Shown here: piece after piece, positions 15,954 through 26,499 of the stretch | Layout of the letters: every line of letters starts with the position of its first letter | Numbering within the stretch: the stretch's first letter is position 1 | NCBI GenBank assembly: GCA_965219455.1 | Contig: OZ244744.1 | Location: 3,040,001-3,104,000, forward strand | DNA: 64,000 bases | Origin: Candidatus Latescibacterota bacterium | Lineage (GTDB): Bacteria; Latescibacterota; UBA2968; GCA-2709665 | Direction: 5' to 3' | Program-made: the position numbers and the translations under genes | The notes under the pieces: generated by a model | Databases searched by the model: none | Seen by the model: only the letters and a program-made list of their open reading frames with translations | Told to the model about the DNA's origin: nothing

Positions 15954-18281
15954 ATGGACCTTGCTAGATTCCAGGACGACACGGTAATCTCGGAACAGCT
16001 TCTTGTCGAATCCGTGCACGAAGAGAACGTCGATCTACCCGTGGACGCGGGGGATTGGCGCCGCGTGAATGAAATTCGCGCCGACGTCCTTCTCCCGCCC
16101 AACGCGGACGGCCAGATCCGGTGCCGGTTGACGTCGGGCAATCGCACGGAGGGCATGAGCGAGGACGATGGTTATCAGTTCAACGCCATCGTCTCCCCGC
16201 GCGGCGGCAACATCTGGGAGGGATGGCGGGAATTCCGGTTCCCCGCCGGGTGTTTCTATACGCAGGGGATGCCTTCTGGATGGAAGCAAACGAGATCGGC
16301 AACGGTGAACGGGCCTGAAGGAAGCCGGTTTCGCAACATTCGCCTGGTGGAACGCGACGTCACGTCTGGCCCCAGGTTGACGGATGAGCAACTCATCGCG
16401 GAACTGAATCTAAATCACCCCGGCCTGGAAGCGGCAAAAGGGGCATCCGCCGGATCTGTTTTGCCTGAAGTCGCGGCATATTTCCGATCCGGCGACTTCG
16501 ACCGGGAACTGATTCGGAGTGAACAGACGCCGACGGCCGATCTCGATCAGGCCGATCGAATCCTGGAAGGCCGGGTCCTGGGCCAGGACTGGTCCGCGGA
16601 AATCGACTGGGAAGCCAATCCCACCGGCTATATCGAATGGACCCTTGCCATCCACTATCTCCTGTTCCTCAGGCCGGCAATCGACGCGTTTTGGGAAACC
16701 GGACAGGCGAAATACGCAAAGGGTATTGAACGGTACATCGCGGACTGGATGCGGCGCTGCCCGGTACCCTGCGGCGTTCGTGCCGGCGGATACCCCTGGG
16801 GCCATTCGCTGGTGGTGGCCATTCGTCCCTTCAGCACGCTCGTGGACGTCTTCCGCGTCCTGTGCGCATGTCCGGAAACCGACGACGCCTCGATAATTGA
16901 CATGCTCAAATCCATTTACGAGCACCAAGCCTACCTGTTAAAGTTCCAGTCCTATCCGCCCTCCAACAAGACCATTGCGGAAGCCCGCACCATTGGCGCG
17001 CTGGGCTGCGCTTTTCCCGAGTTCAGGGACGCCGCATCCTGGCGGGAAGAGGGATATCGCAGGCTGCTGGACGACATGCGCATACAGGTGATGGCCGACG
17101 GGGCATCGTACGAACTCACCCCGGGTTACCAGATGGGCATTGCCACCTGGTTCCTGGAGTCGTTGCAGGTGGCGCGGAAATTCAACCATCCGCTCGACCC
17201 CAAACTGGAGGCCGGCATTCGATCGATGTTCGACTGGTGCGTGGCCATCACCCGACCGGATTTCACCCATCCCTCCGTATCCGACGCCGGAAGCCTGGAT
17301 TCGAAATATGCAGACTCCCTCGTTCGCCCCGGCCGCATTTTCGACAATCCGGCCGCGGTATGGGTGGGCACCGATGGTCGCGAGGGCGCCCCGCCCGCCT
17401 ACAGTTCGATCGCCCTCCGGGACTCGGGCTACTTTATTATGCGAAGCGGCTGGGATCGGAACGCCCGATATCTCTTCTTCGAGGGCGGCCCCTACGGACG
17501 CTGGCACCAGCACGAAGACAAGCTCAGCTTCGAAGTCTACGCGCATGGCACCCCCTACATTGTGGATCCCGGCATCACGTCTTATTACACCAACCCGTGG
17601 ACCCGGTTCTATACCACAACGCAGGCGCACAATACCGTCCTTGTGGACGGTCGGCCACAGGCGCGGGGCCGCAATCAAACCATCGAACAGTGGACCGAAT
17701 CCGCGCGCGATACGACGTTCTGGCATTCGGATGACCATTCCGACGTCGCCGTGGCAAGCTATGACGCACCCTACGCGGACCTGGATACGCCGGTCCGGCA
17801 CCGCCGAGCCGTGCTTTTTGTCAAACCGGACTATTTCGTCATTTTCGATGAGCTGACCGGCGAGGGCAGGCATACGTACGAGGCGTTTTTCCACTTTATG
17901 CCGTTCCGTCTTCTTGTTGATCCCGACACCGGCGCCGTCCGTACGGGGCGCATGAATGCGCCCAACCTGGAACTCCTTCCCCTGGTCAGGATGACGCCCC
18001 GGTTGATTTGCGGCCGGAACGAACCGGTGCAGGGCTGGTTGGCCATCGGCGGGCAGGACGTGCCGGCGCCCGTGGCCGTCTACAAGAGACGGACCCAACT
18101 CCCGTTCCGAACAGGATACGTGATATACCCGTTTGGCGCAGACCGCGTCACCGCCGGAATCACGACAAAAACCATCCGACGCGCGAACGTTTGGACGGTC
18201 AATATCGACCATGCCGGCGGTGGACGGGACCGCGTGCGCATGGACTGGGATGACGAACGGGGACCGGTATTGCTGCGGTGA
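15954..18281 (+). CDS. Heparinase II/III family polysaccharide lyase
   Basis: DGASYELTPGY, SGYFIMRSGW, HQHEDKLSFEV, VDPG, AHNTVLVDG, HRRAVLFVKPDYFVIFD; AAGGGAG RBS before 15954. Confidence 0.9.
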   Translation: MDLARFQDDTVISEQLLVESVHEENVDLPVDAGDWRRVNEIRADVLLPPNADGQIRCRLTSGNRTEGMSEDDGYQFNAIVSPRGGNIWEGWREFRFPAGCFYTQGMPSGWKQTRSATVNGPEGSRFRNIRLVERDVTSGPRLTDEQLIAELNLNHPGLEAAKGASAGSVLPEVAAYFRSGDFDRELIRSEQTPTADLDQADRILEGRVLGQDWSAEIDWEANPTGYIEWTLAIHYLLFLRPAIDAFWETGQAKYAKGIERYIADWMRRCPVPCGVRAGGYPWGHSLVVAIRPFSTLVDVFRVLCACPETDDASIIDMLKSIYEHQAYLLKFQSYPPSNKTIAEARTIGALGCAFPEFRDAASWREEGYRRLLDDMRIQVMADGASYELTPGYQMGIATWFLESLQVARKFNHPLDPKLEAGIRSMFDWCVAITRPDFTHPSVSDAGSLDSKYADSLVRPGRIFDNPAAVWVGTDGREGAPPAYSSIALRDSGYFIMRSGWDRNARYLFFEGGPYGRWHQHEDKLSFEVYAHGTPYIVDPGITSYYTNPWTRFYTTTQAHNTVLVDGRPQARGRNQTIEQWTESARDTTFWHSDDHSDVAVASYDAPYADLDTPVRHRRAVLFVKPDYFVIFDELTGEGRHTYEAFFHFMPFRLLVDPDTGAVRTGRMNAPNLELLPLVRMTPRLICGRNEPVQGWLAIGGQDVPAPVAVYKRRTQLPFRTGYVIYPFGADRVTAGITTKTIRRANVWTVNIDHAGGGRDRVRMDWDDERGPVLLR

Positions 18282-18310
18282 TATGGTCATCTGAAGGTCT
18301 TCAAAAAACC

Positions 18311-18346
18311 GAAAAGGACGGTCCGTTAACGGAATCCGTCCTTTTC
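18311..18346. terminator. Probable bidirectional terminator
   Basis: GAAAAGGACGG...CCGTCCTTTTC between convergent genes. Confidence 0.7.
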
Positions 18347-18429
18347 TCTTCGATCTTGAACCACACTCTCATGTGTGGATGCGGGCCCGTCTGTGAAGGC
18401 CTCTCATTTGTTATTGACTGTCGCCTGGA

Positions 18430-20391
18430 TCAGGTCGCATCATCCGTCTCCGTCAGATGCGCCTTCCGCGCCTCCTCGACCTTCTCGGGTGGAATCGGCC
18501 TGGAGAGCCCCACATAAAATGCCAGGTACCACATGACGAAAATTCCGAAAACAAGCATCAACAACTGCCATACCCACAGCGAAGGCAGGCCGAACGGGCC
18601 CCACGTTGCGGGCTGGTTGGGATCGCCGAACAGCGAATTTCCCACCACGGCAAAGGGTCCGAAACCCACGAGGAACCACACCACGGTGAGCAGCCATGCC
18701 ACGGGAACGTGCCTGCGCCGTTCCGGAGAAATTCCGGAAACCGCCTGAACGAAGCGGTGGTGGTTTGCTTTTTTCTCCCGGTCCTCGCCGGTCTCCGGCC
18801 ACAGGTAGGAAACCAGCCCGGCGACCAGCAGATTGAAGAAAATTCCCCAGCCGGCACTGTGAATCGTCAACGGGTACGCTCCCCAGGGCGCGTCTCCGAT
18901 CGACGATGCAATGCGCTCCGGAAGGAACAGCTGCATAAATCCCATAATCGCAGGCAGGATCTCCGCAACCGTGCGGTCCGTGAGTGTGACAGCCACGAGT
19001 CCCGCCACCAGCCCCCACACCACACCCCGCCGCGTGAAAAAGCGGAAGTAACATAGCCCCATCAGGGCCGGATACATCTGAAACCCGTACGCCACGGCCA
19101 GACCGCCCAGCATCACGATGGCCTGTGTCGACTTGGCCGCGACAAAAAGCGCCGCGAGCGTTACCAGAATCACAAAAATGCGGCCGTAGAGTTTCTGCAT
19201 ACTGTCCGACGCGTCTGGCGAAATATAGCGCCGATAAAGATCCCGGGTTACCATCCCGCTGAACGTCGACATATACGCCGCCCCGGTGCTCTGCATGGCC
19301 CCCAGCGCACACACAGCCAGCAATCCCACCAGCCACGGGTAACTGTCCGAAAGCAAGTTGATCAACTGGGGCACCAATTTCGGCCGGCTCACCTCGTCGA
19401 AGACCCCGTTGGCCAGCAGCACATTGCCGCCCAGCCCCTGAAAAATGGTAAAGGTAAAAAGGATGATCCCGATGATTAGCGAAGAAGCCACCACCTGCTG
19501 CCAACGGAACGGTTTACTGCTGCGGTTGGAAAAGGCCCACATCGAAAACGCGGGCGAAGACTGGATGCCCATCAATGCGAACATATAAGTCATGCACATC
19601 ATGCCGGTCCAGACGCCGCCGACCGCTTTCGACCCCGCGGAGACAATTTGAATTGAGCCGGGAAGCGCCACGTAATGTGAATGCCCCGCGGCCGTCAGTC
19701 CCTTTCCCGAAGCCAGGTCCTGGCGAACAAGATTCCCGACACCCTCGGTGAAAGCGGTCCATCCACCGGCAAAATGAACGGCGACGAAACCCAGTGTGAC
19801 GATCCCGAGCGCCAGAAGAATGCACTGCGCGCAGTCTACGTACGCCACGGAACGCAGCCCGCCGGCAGCCACATAGATCATCACAATGGCGGACAGGGCG
19901 AACATCCCCACTTCGACGCTTATCAGATCATTGGAAAGTACGTTGAACAACGACCCCGAGGCCCGCAACTGAACGCCCAGATAAGGCACGCTGAAAAGAA
20001 ACGCCACGAGCACGGTCAGCAAACGGATCGTATCGCCCCCGTAATAGTGAGAATACATCTCGCCGGGCGTGATATGCTGAAACGCCTTGCCGATCAGCCA
20101 TTGCCGTCTCAAAAAAAGCACGCCCGTTAGCGGGATCGTCAACGCATAAAAGGAAGCAAACGCATAGGGCAGGCCCGCCTCCAGAATCAGGCCCGGATGA
20201 CCCACAAAGGTCCAGCCAGAAAAACTGGTGGCCGTGGCGGCGAGCACAAAAACCCAGACCCCGATACTGCGACCGGCCACGAAATAGTCCGCGGAGGTAC
20301 GCGATCGCAGCGCCCCCCGGAACCCCCAGAAAAGACAATAGGCCCAGTAAATGCCCACAAAGATCAACAACCAGATCAGTTTGGCTTCCAC
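18430..20391 (-). CDS. Sodium:solute symporter family protein
   Basis: DYFVAGRSIG, SFSGWTFVG, GGLRSVAYVD, AMQST; many TM helices; GGAGGG RBS. Confidence 0.93.
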   Translation of the reverse strand: MEAKLIWLLIFVGIYWAYCLFWGFRGALRSRTSADYFVAGRSIGVWVFVLAATATSFSGWTFVGHPGLILEAGLPYAFASFYALTIPLTGVLFLRRQWLIGKAFQHITPGEMYSHYYGGDTIRLLTVLVAFLFSVPYLGVQLRASGSLFNVLSNDLISVEVGMFALSAIVMIYVAAGGLRSVAYVDCAQCILLALGIVTLGFVAVHFAGGWTAFTEGVGNLVRQDLASGKGLTAAGHSHYVALPGSIQIVSAGSKAVGGVWTGMMCMTYMFALMGIQSSPAFSMWAFSNRSSKPFRWQQVVASSLIIGIILFTFTIFQGLGGNVLLANGVFDEVSRPKLVPQLINLLSDSYPWLVGLLAVCALGAMQSTGAAYMSTFSGMVTRDLYRRYISPDASDSMQKLYGRIFVILVTLAALFVAAKSTQAIVMLGGLAVAYGFQMYPALMGLCYFRFFTRRGVVWGLVAGLVAVTLTDRTVAEILPAIMGFMQLFLPERIASSIGDAPWGAYPLTIHSAGWGIFFNLLVAGLVSYLWPETGEDREKKANHHRFVQAVSGISPERRRHVPVAWLLTVVWFLVGFGPFAVVGNSLFGDPNQPATWGPFGLPSLWVWQLLMLVFGIFVMWYLAFYVGLSRPIPPEKVEEARKAHLTETDDAT

Positions 20392-20542
20392 AACGTCCGT
20401 CCCTCCGGCGGAAATGTAGAAATAGTGAAGAACAGGCCCGGCAAGGTATGAATAAAGGCACTGCTACGCAACGAGTAAGTGACCGAACGCAGCCGACCGT
20501 GACAGTCGCAAGCGAGCAGCCGTTGTGTCCGCCGCTTTACAG

Positions 20543-21826
20543 CTACCACGCTGTCAGCGATTCCGTGAACAGCGCTGCCAGATCCGCTTCGCCGGCGGGC
20601 CTCGGCGACAGCTTGGTCACGCGATGCTGGGGCAGCGTGCCCTCCACCAGCGCCGGCACATCCGTTTCCGTAAACCCGATCGCCGAAAGTCCGTTCGGCA
20701 TTTCAAGCCGCTTCATCAGCGCCACAATGCGATCCGCGAGTACCTCGCCCGCCTCCGCCTCGGGGTCGCTCACCTCTGAAATATCCGCGCCCAGCAATGC
20801 CGCGGCCTTGAGATGTCGGTCCGGGCAGGCCGGCCCCGTAAATCGAAAGGCCGCCGGCGCGTTCAGGAAAACCGACATCCCGTGAGGTACGATGGGATGA
20901 TCGCTCACCAACCCCTCGGGCTTGAAATCACGCACCATACCCGACACGGGATAGGACATCCCGTGAGGCAGATGAACGCCCGCGTTGCCGAAGCCCATAC
21001 CCGCCATACTCGAAGCCAGAATCATATTCGACCGCGCCTCGTCATCCTCCGGATCCGCAACCGCGCGCACGATATTTTCGGCGACCAGTTCGATGGCCCT
21101 GACCGCCCACATATCGCTGATCGGATTGGTTCCCTGGTATGCCGGCCGCAGGATCGGCCGTTCGGGCAAGGGCCGCTGGTCGTACGGAATCGCCGTATAG
21201 GACTCGAGGGCGTGGCATAGTACGTCCAGTCCCGTAGACGCTGCCACAACCGGCGGCATTGTCCGCGTATTCTCGGGATCCACAATGCCCAGCGTGGGTT
21301 TCAGGCGACGGTGCGCAATGCCGGTTTTCACGTGTTTTTCGGAGATATCGAATATCGTGACTCCCGTGGTCTCGCTGCCCGTTCCCGCGGTCGTCGGAAT
21401 CGCGATCAGCGGCTTGAGTGCCCCGGGTACCGGCTTGCCGCTCCCGATCGGCGCGTTCACGTACGCGTAGAAATCATCGGGATAGGTGGAATAGAGGTTC
21501 GCGGCTTTTGCCGTATCGATTGAGGAGCCCCCGCCCACCGCGAGAAAAGCATCGAAATTTCCATCCAATGCAAAGTCAATCGCCTCCTGAAAAGACACGT
21601 CTGTCGGCTCTACCCGGACCCGATCGAAAAGCGCGTATTCGACTCGCTCGCTTGCGAGGGCCTCGACCACGGTGCGCACCGGGGGCAGTTCCACCAGGTT
21701 GGGGTCCGTTAACAGCATCACCCGCCTGGCGCCCAACTCGGACAGATCCATTCCCACTTCCCGCGTGGCTCCCGGGCCGAACCGCAAATTCGAAGTCCCC
21801 ATTTCAAACGCGAAATCTTTCTGCAT
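20543..21826 (-). CDS. Hydroxyacid-oxoacid transhydrogenase (Fe-ADH family, ADHFE1-like)
   Basis: VGGGSSIDTAKAANLY, NAPIG.G, PTTAGTGSE, DVLCHALESYTA, RPAYQG.NP, GVHLPHGMSYP. Confidence 0.92.
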   Translation of the reverse strand: MQKDFAFEMGTSNLRFGPGATREVGMDLSELGARRVMLLTDPNLVELPPVRTVVEALASERVEYALFDRVRVEPTDVSFQEAIDFALDGNFDAFLAVGGGSSIDTAKAANLYSTYPDDFYAYVNAPIGSGKPVPGALKPLIAIPTTAGTGSETTGVTIFDISEKHVKTGIAHRRLKPTLGIVDPENTRTMPPVVAASTGLDVLCHALESYTAIPYDQRPLPERPILRPAYQGTNPISDMWAVRAIELVAENIVRAVADPEDDEARSNMILASSMAGMGFGNAGVHLPHGMSYPVSGMVRDFKPEGLVSDHPIVPHGMSVFLNAPAAFRFTGPACPDRHLKAAALLGADISEVSDPEAEAGEVLADRIVALMKRLEMPNGLSAIGFTETDVPALVEGTLPQHRVTKLSPRPAGEADLAALFTESLTAW

Positions 21827-22056
21827 TGCGTTCTCCTGTAATCAGAAATGGCAAAGATCGAACGGAAATAGCGCGCCTTCAACCTTCCTGTTCGAAACGC
21901 GCGGGGTTGTTATTTTAAGAAAATGCATGGATCGAGGCAAGGATTACAGGGAAGAAGCCGTATACGGGCAGTGGCAGCGTACAATTTTCGCATGGAACTG
22001 CGTTCCGGGCGGATGGTCATTGAAATCGGAGCGACATAGAGTCTCCCCCATCCACT

Positions 22057-22440
22057 AACGTCCCCTATTCCCTTGCCCTTTTTCTTGCATCGCCCAAGAA
22101 AAAGGGCGAAAAAGAAGGGCGCCGCTCAGACGCCGCGGGACTGCTTTTCCGCGAATCGCCTCAGGGGCAAAGACCTGCGTCGATGGCCTGCCAGGATCGT
22201 GGCGTCCACAAACCTTGTTGCTGAACGGATAAGCGCGGAAAAGCCCCCTCTCCGCCACCGGGCGGGCGAGAGGACAACGTGAAAAGCCGCACACGTTCTC
22301 GCGCCGTTGTTGAATTCGTAGGGGCGACTCTCAGAGTCGCCCACGTTGTGGCGAGCATATCGCTGATTGGCGTCGCCTGGCCGTATCGCTAACCGGTTTT
22401 GGCTGTCTGCTGAATGCTCTACGCTGACAGCTGACTGTCG
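22057..22440 (+). repeat. Intergenic repeat family A, copy 1 (contains a REP-like palindrome at 22318-22344)
   Basis: TCCCCTATTCCCTTGCCCTTTTTCTTGCATCGCCCAAGAAAAAGGGCGAAAAAGAAGGGCGCCGCTC head, CGCCACCGGGCGG module and GCTGACAGCTGA tail; recurs at 34405 and 40071. Confidence 0.85.
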
Positions 22441-22571
22441 TCACCGACCTACACGCCTGCGCCGCTGCAGGACTTTCTCGCAGACGTGATGGCTTTTGTT
22501 TATCATGACGTGTGTATCTGCACAAGTCGTTTGCGTGCCCTTCCGCCACTCACTTATTGGACGACAATCCT

Positions 22572-24542
22572 GTGGCTCGTGAAGACCCCCCGAGAATTCG
22601 CAATCTTGGTATCCTCGCGCACGTCGATGCCGGCAAGACGACCGTAACTGAGAATATGCTGTTTCTCAGCGGCGCCATCCGCTCGCCTGGAAATGTCGAC
22701 AAAGGGACAAGTCTCTCCGATGCGCTCGACGTGGAGAGGCGGCGAGGGATCTCGGTCCGGGCATCGGCGCTGTCATTCGAGTGGGACGGCGTGAGGATCA
22801 ACCTGATCGACACGCCGGGGCACGTCGATTTTTCCGCCGAGGTCGAGCGATCTCTGCGCGTGCTCGACTGCGCCGTGCTCGTTCTTTCCGCGGTCGAAGG
22901 CATCCAGGCTCAGACGGAATCGATCTGGGCCGCACTGGAAGCGCTGAGCATACCCGTCATCCTGTTCGTGAACAAGCTGGATCGGATGGGCGCGGATACG
23001 GCCAGGGTCGTCGATGATCTGAAGCGCCGATTTTCACCCGACGTGATTCCGGTCAATCAGCCGGAGAAGGAAGGCGAACCGGACGCGGGAATCGTCGATC
23101 TCGATCCGGACGGTCTGACCGCCCTGACAGAGAGCGTCGCCGCGAAGGACGACGTGTACCTGGAGCGATTCCTGAACGAGGAGCCAATTTCACGAGCGGA
23201 GATCGAGAAGGTGATCGCGGCTTGCACGGCAAAGAGAGAGCTGTTTCCCATACTCTGTGGCGTGGCCAAGAACATGATCGGAACGGAGGAACTGCTGGGG
23301 AAGATCGTGGCCTGGTTCCCCGATGCGAATGCCGACGACTCACGTCCGGCCTCCGGTGTGGTGTTCAAGCTCGACCACGATCCGAAACTTGGGCGGATCG
23401 CCGGCGTTCGTCTCTATGCGGGACGACTCCAAAACAGAGATATCATCCGGAATGTCACGGCTGATCGCGACGAGAAGATTACGCAGATCAAGAAATCCTT
23501 TCTCAATCGATATGAGGACACAGGCGTCCTCTCCGCCGGCGACATCGGTTTCTTCTGCGGGATGCCGGAGGCGAAGATCGGCGACATCCTGGGCGACCCG
23601 GGCCCCATCCCCGGGTCCTACGAGCTCGGAGAGCCTCTGCTGTCGGTACAGGCTATCGCGGAAGACGAGGCGGATCACTCTCGACTGGCCGGGGCGCTGC
23701 AGCAGTTGTCGAGCGAAGACCCACACCTCAACTTCACGTGGTTCGAGGATGAACGCGAACTGCACGTGAAGATCATGGGTGCGGTTCAGGCGGAGATTCT
23801 GAAGGAGATGCTCGATGCGCGCTTTGGCATCAGAGCGCGGTTCAATGACCCGATGGTCATTTACAAGGAGACACCTGCTTCGGTCGGACACGGCATTGAG
23901 CGCTACACGATGCCGAAGCCGTGTTGGGCCATCGTGAAGTACCGGATGGAACCGGGCGAGCCGGGAAGCGGTGTTGTTTATTCGTCACGGGTCGGCGTCA
24001 ACGACATCAAGGCCCGATATCAGAAGGAGATCGAAAGATCGATCGAGGACGCGCTCAGGCAGGGAATCAAGGGATGGGAGGTCACGGATCTGAGGATCAC
24101 CCTGGTGGAGGGGAGCGATCACGTGTTGCACAGCCGCGCGGGCAATTTCAGACTGGCAACGAATATCGCCTTGTTGAAAGGGCTGACCGAGACCGGGTCG
24201 ATTCTGCTCGAACCGATTCTGGCGTTCAAAATCTCGGTGCCCGAAACCTACATTGGAAAGATCACGTCGGATATCATAAATGCGCGCGGTACCTTCGATC
24301 CGGTGGAGGCTGACGGAGGTGCGTTATCGATTACAGGACGATTACCCCTGGCGACTTCGATGGACTATCCGATCCGGCTGAACTCGTTGACAGGCGGAAC
24401 GGCGAAGTTCTCCTTCAAGTACGGCGGATATGAGCCCTGCCCGCCGGGCGAGGGCGTCGTGCGGCCCTACAAAGGGATATCGCCGCTGGATCGGGCGAAG
24501 TATATCTTGAAGATGCGCGGGGCGGTAACGGAAGCCGTTTGA
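22572..24542 (+). CDS. TetM/TetO-like (EF-G-like) translational GTPase
   Basis: AHVDAGKT, RRGISV, DTPGH, NKLD, EDP, YKETP, LLEP, and an RPP-like C-terminal extension PLDRAKYIL. Start uncertain (22512-22572). Confidence 0.88.
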   Translation: MAREDPPRIRNLGILAHVDAGKTTVTENMLFLSGAIRSPGNVDKGTSLSDALDVERRRGISVRASALSFEWDGVRINLIDTPGHVDFSAEVERSLRVLDCAVLVLSAVEGIQAQTESIWAALEALSIPVILFVNKLDRMGADTARVVDDLKRRFSPDVIPVNQPEKEGEPDAGIVDLDPDGLTALTESVAAKDDVYLERFLNEEPISRAEIEKVIAACTAKRELFPILCGVAKNMIGTEELLGKIVAWFPDANADDSRPASGVVFKLDHDPKLGRIAGVRLYAGRLQNRDIIRNVTADRDEKITQIKKSFLNRYEDTGVLSAGDIGFFCGMPEAKIGDILGDPGPIPGSYELGEPLLSVQAIAEDEADHSRLAGALQQLSSEDPHLNFTWFEDERELHVKIMGAVQAEILKEMLDARFGIRARFNDPMVIYKETPASVGHGIERYTMPKPCWAIVKYRMEPGEPGSGVVYSSRVGVNDIKARYQKEIERSIEDALRQGIKGWEVTDLRITLVEGSDHVLHSRAGNFRLATNIALLKGLTETGSILLEPILAFKISVPETYIGKITSDIINARGTFDPVEADGGALSITGRLPLATSMDYPIRLNSLTGGTAKFSFKYGGYEPCPPGEGVVRPYKGISPLDRAKYILKMRGAVTEAV

Positions 24543-24610
24543 ATCAATTGTCAGGAATCAAGGAGGCAGCGCGAAGCGTCGGCCTGAAACAGCGCAGATA
24601 GCTTGATGAA

Positions 24611-24900
24611 TCAAACCCGGCTTCCCATCCCGGTTCTTCGTTGCCGACTGCGTACGTCGGATCGGACGTTGTCGGTCATGTCCTGAAGTGTGAGTGGACG
24701 CCGTTTGCGAACGGCGTTCGATTTCACATCCTGGCTAAGCATCTTATCGGGATTAAGGTCTGGGCTGTAGGCCGCCAGGAAGATCAGCCGGATGTTGGGC
24801 GCGTGTTTGTCGATCCACTTTCGTGTCTTCCGGGAGCAGTGGACCTGATGTCGATCCATAATCAATATAGATCTTTCGATCCGATTGCCGCTTGAGACGG
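24611..24900 (-). pseudogene. IS630-family transposase C-terminal remnant
   Basis: LIMDRHQVH...IRLIFLAAYSPDLNPDK (decayed YSPxLNPxE motif); N-terminus missing. Confidence 0.8.
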
Positions 24901-24950
24901 CGGATGAAGTCCATTTCTGCCTGAAGCATGACGCCTCAATGGAGTGATAT

Positions 24951-26387
24951 ATGCTCGGTTGCCTCATACGGAAAGAGATTCTGGATCACATATTGAGCCT
25001 TCGGTTTCTGATACTGTCAGTGATCGGAGCGCTGGTAATTTTGCTCAGTCTCTATAGCGGCTACACGTACTATCAGTCCAGCCTGGAGAACTACCGATTG
25101 GCAGAAGCGACGACCGAAAATCGCATCCGACAATTGTTGGATTGTGACGATTGGTTGGAGTTAGACGCCATGGGATTCAAGATTCACAAGCCGCCTACAC
25201 CTATGAGCATTTTTGTTCGTGGATTGGAACCGGCACTCGGGCGAACGGTTCTCATTTCCGGAGGCGGAAAACAATTGCCTGCCCGTAGCCCCGAGTCAGT
25301 CGAACCGTCCCTTGGGGTGTTTCCTCTCCTGGACCTGGGGCTTATTGTCCAGATTGTACTAAGCCTGTTTATTCTGTTGTTGACCTACGACGTCGTCTGT
25401 GGAGAAAAAGAAAATGGCACACTACGTTTAATCGACGCCTTTCCAATGTCGAAGGCATCATTACTTCTGGGCAAGTTCCTGGGGGTTTTGATCCCAACGC
25501 TCGCTGCCATTTTTCTGCCCTTGCTACTTGGTTTGGCTGCTGTCCTGATGGCCCCCGACGTAAAGTTCACAGATTTGGAACTTACCCATCTGGTGCTCAT
25601 ATTATTCACCATTGGAATTTACCTCTGCGCCTTCACAGGTGCGGGAATCTTTGCTTCCTGTCTCGTGGGACGCTCAGCCACCGCATTTGTCGTCCTGCTC
25701 AGCTTTTGGGTGGTCACCGTTGTTGTGCTACCCCGTTTGAGTCTCATCGTCGCGGATAGCGTCAGCCCGGCACCTTCCTTTTACAATCTTATCACAGAAA
25801 AGGCAGCCGTTGCAATGGCCGACCTGGAGGCGCGTTACAAACGTCACCGCAATTGGCAGCAGGACTATCAGCGAGTCAACGGCATTGAATGGCGTGAGAC
25901 TCCGGAGGGCCGGGAGGCATACCAACTCTTTTTCGCGCAGACGCGGCGTGAAGCCCGGGCGCACACCTTCGACCGGTGGGACCGTCTGGACGAAGCCTTT
26001 CAGAACCGGTACAACGCTCGGCTGGATTTGGCCATGTACCTGGCACGGCTTTCGCCAACCTTTGCCTTCAACAACGCAACCGTCCGGCTGGCCGGCGTCG
26101 GCTGGGAGCCTCAGCACAGGTTCAAGGCGGCAGGCGAGCGGTTCTGGAAGAAATACCGCGCGTGGTTCGCCCGGACGAAGACCCGCGACCGCCTTAGACT
26201 CGCTCACCCCGGGAAATACGGGGCATATCAGTGGGACGTCTCCGACATGCCCCGGTTCATCTTTCAAGAACGCTGGCACGGTGAAGACGTGCGGTCCGCT
26301 TTGGTGGACATTGGCATCCTCGCCCTGTGGTGCATCATATTCTTCGCCGGCGCCTTCTTCGCCATCCTGAGGTATGATGTGAGGTAA
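24951..26387 (+). CDS. ABC-2 type permease
   Basis: LIRKEI, YDVVCGEKENGTLRL, LLGKFLG; ends LRYDVR. Confidence 0.88.
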   Translation: MLGCLIRKEILDHILSLRFLILSVIGALVILLSLYSGYTYYQSSLENYRLAEATTENRIRQLLDCDDWLELDAMGFKIHKPPTPMSIFVRGLEPALGRTVLISGGGKQLPARSPESVEPSLGVFPLLDLGLIVQIVLSLFILLLTYDVVCGEKENGTLRLIDAFPMSKASLLLGKFLGVLIPTLAAIFLPLLLGLAAVLMAPDVKFTDLELTHLVLILFTIGIYLCAFTGAGIFASCLVGRSATAFVVLLSFWVVTVVVLPRLSLIVADSVSPAPSFYNLITEKAAVAMADLEARYKRHRNWQQDYQRVNGIEWRETPEGREAYQLFFAQTRREARAHTFDRWDRLDEAFQNRYNARLDLAMYLARLSPTFAFNNATVRLAGVGWEPQHRFKAAGERFWKKYRAWFARTKTRDRLRLAHPGKYGAYQWDVSDMPRFIFQERWHGEDVRSALVDIGILALWCIIFFAGAFFAILRYDVR

Positions 26388-26499
26388 GGGGCTGAAATGT
26401 GAAAGGGGCCGCTCCGCCCAACCTCCAAATTCCATTAGCGTGGGGTTCCCCAGGAGGTCCATACGCCGTCTAATGTCTGCCAGGTTCAGGGAGTCACTG

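Noticed and set aside
22572-24542. Assigning tetM/tetO as a gene symbol
   Set aside because: The tetracycline-displacing YSPVST loop is absent, so only a family-level call is supported.
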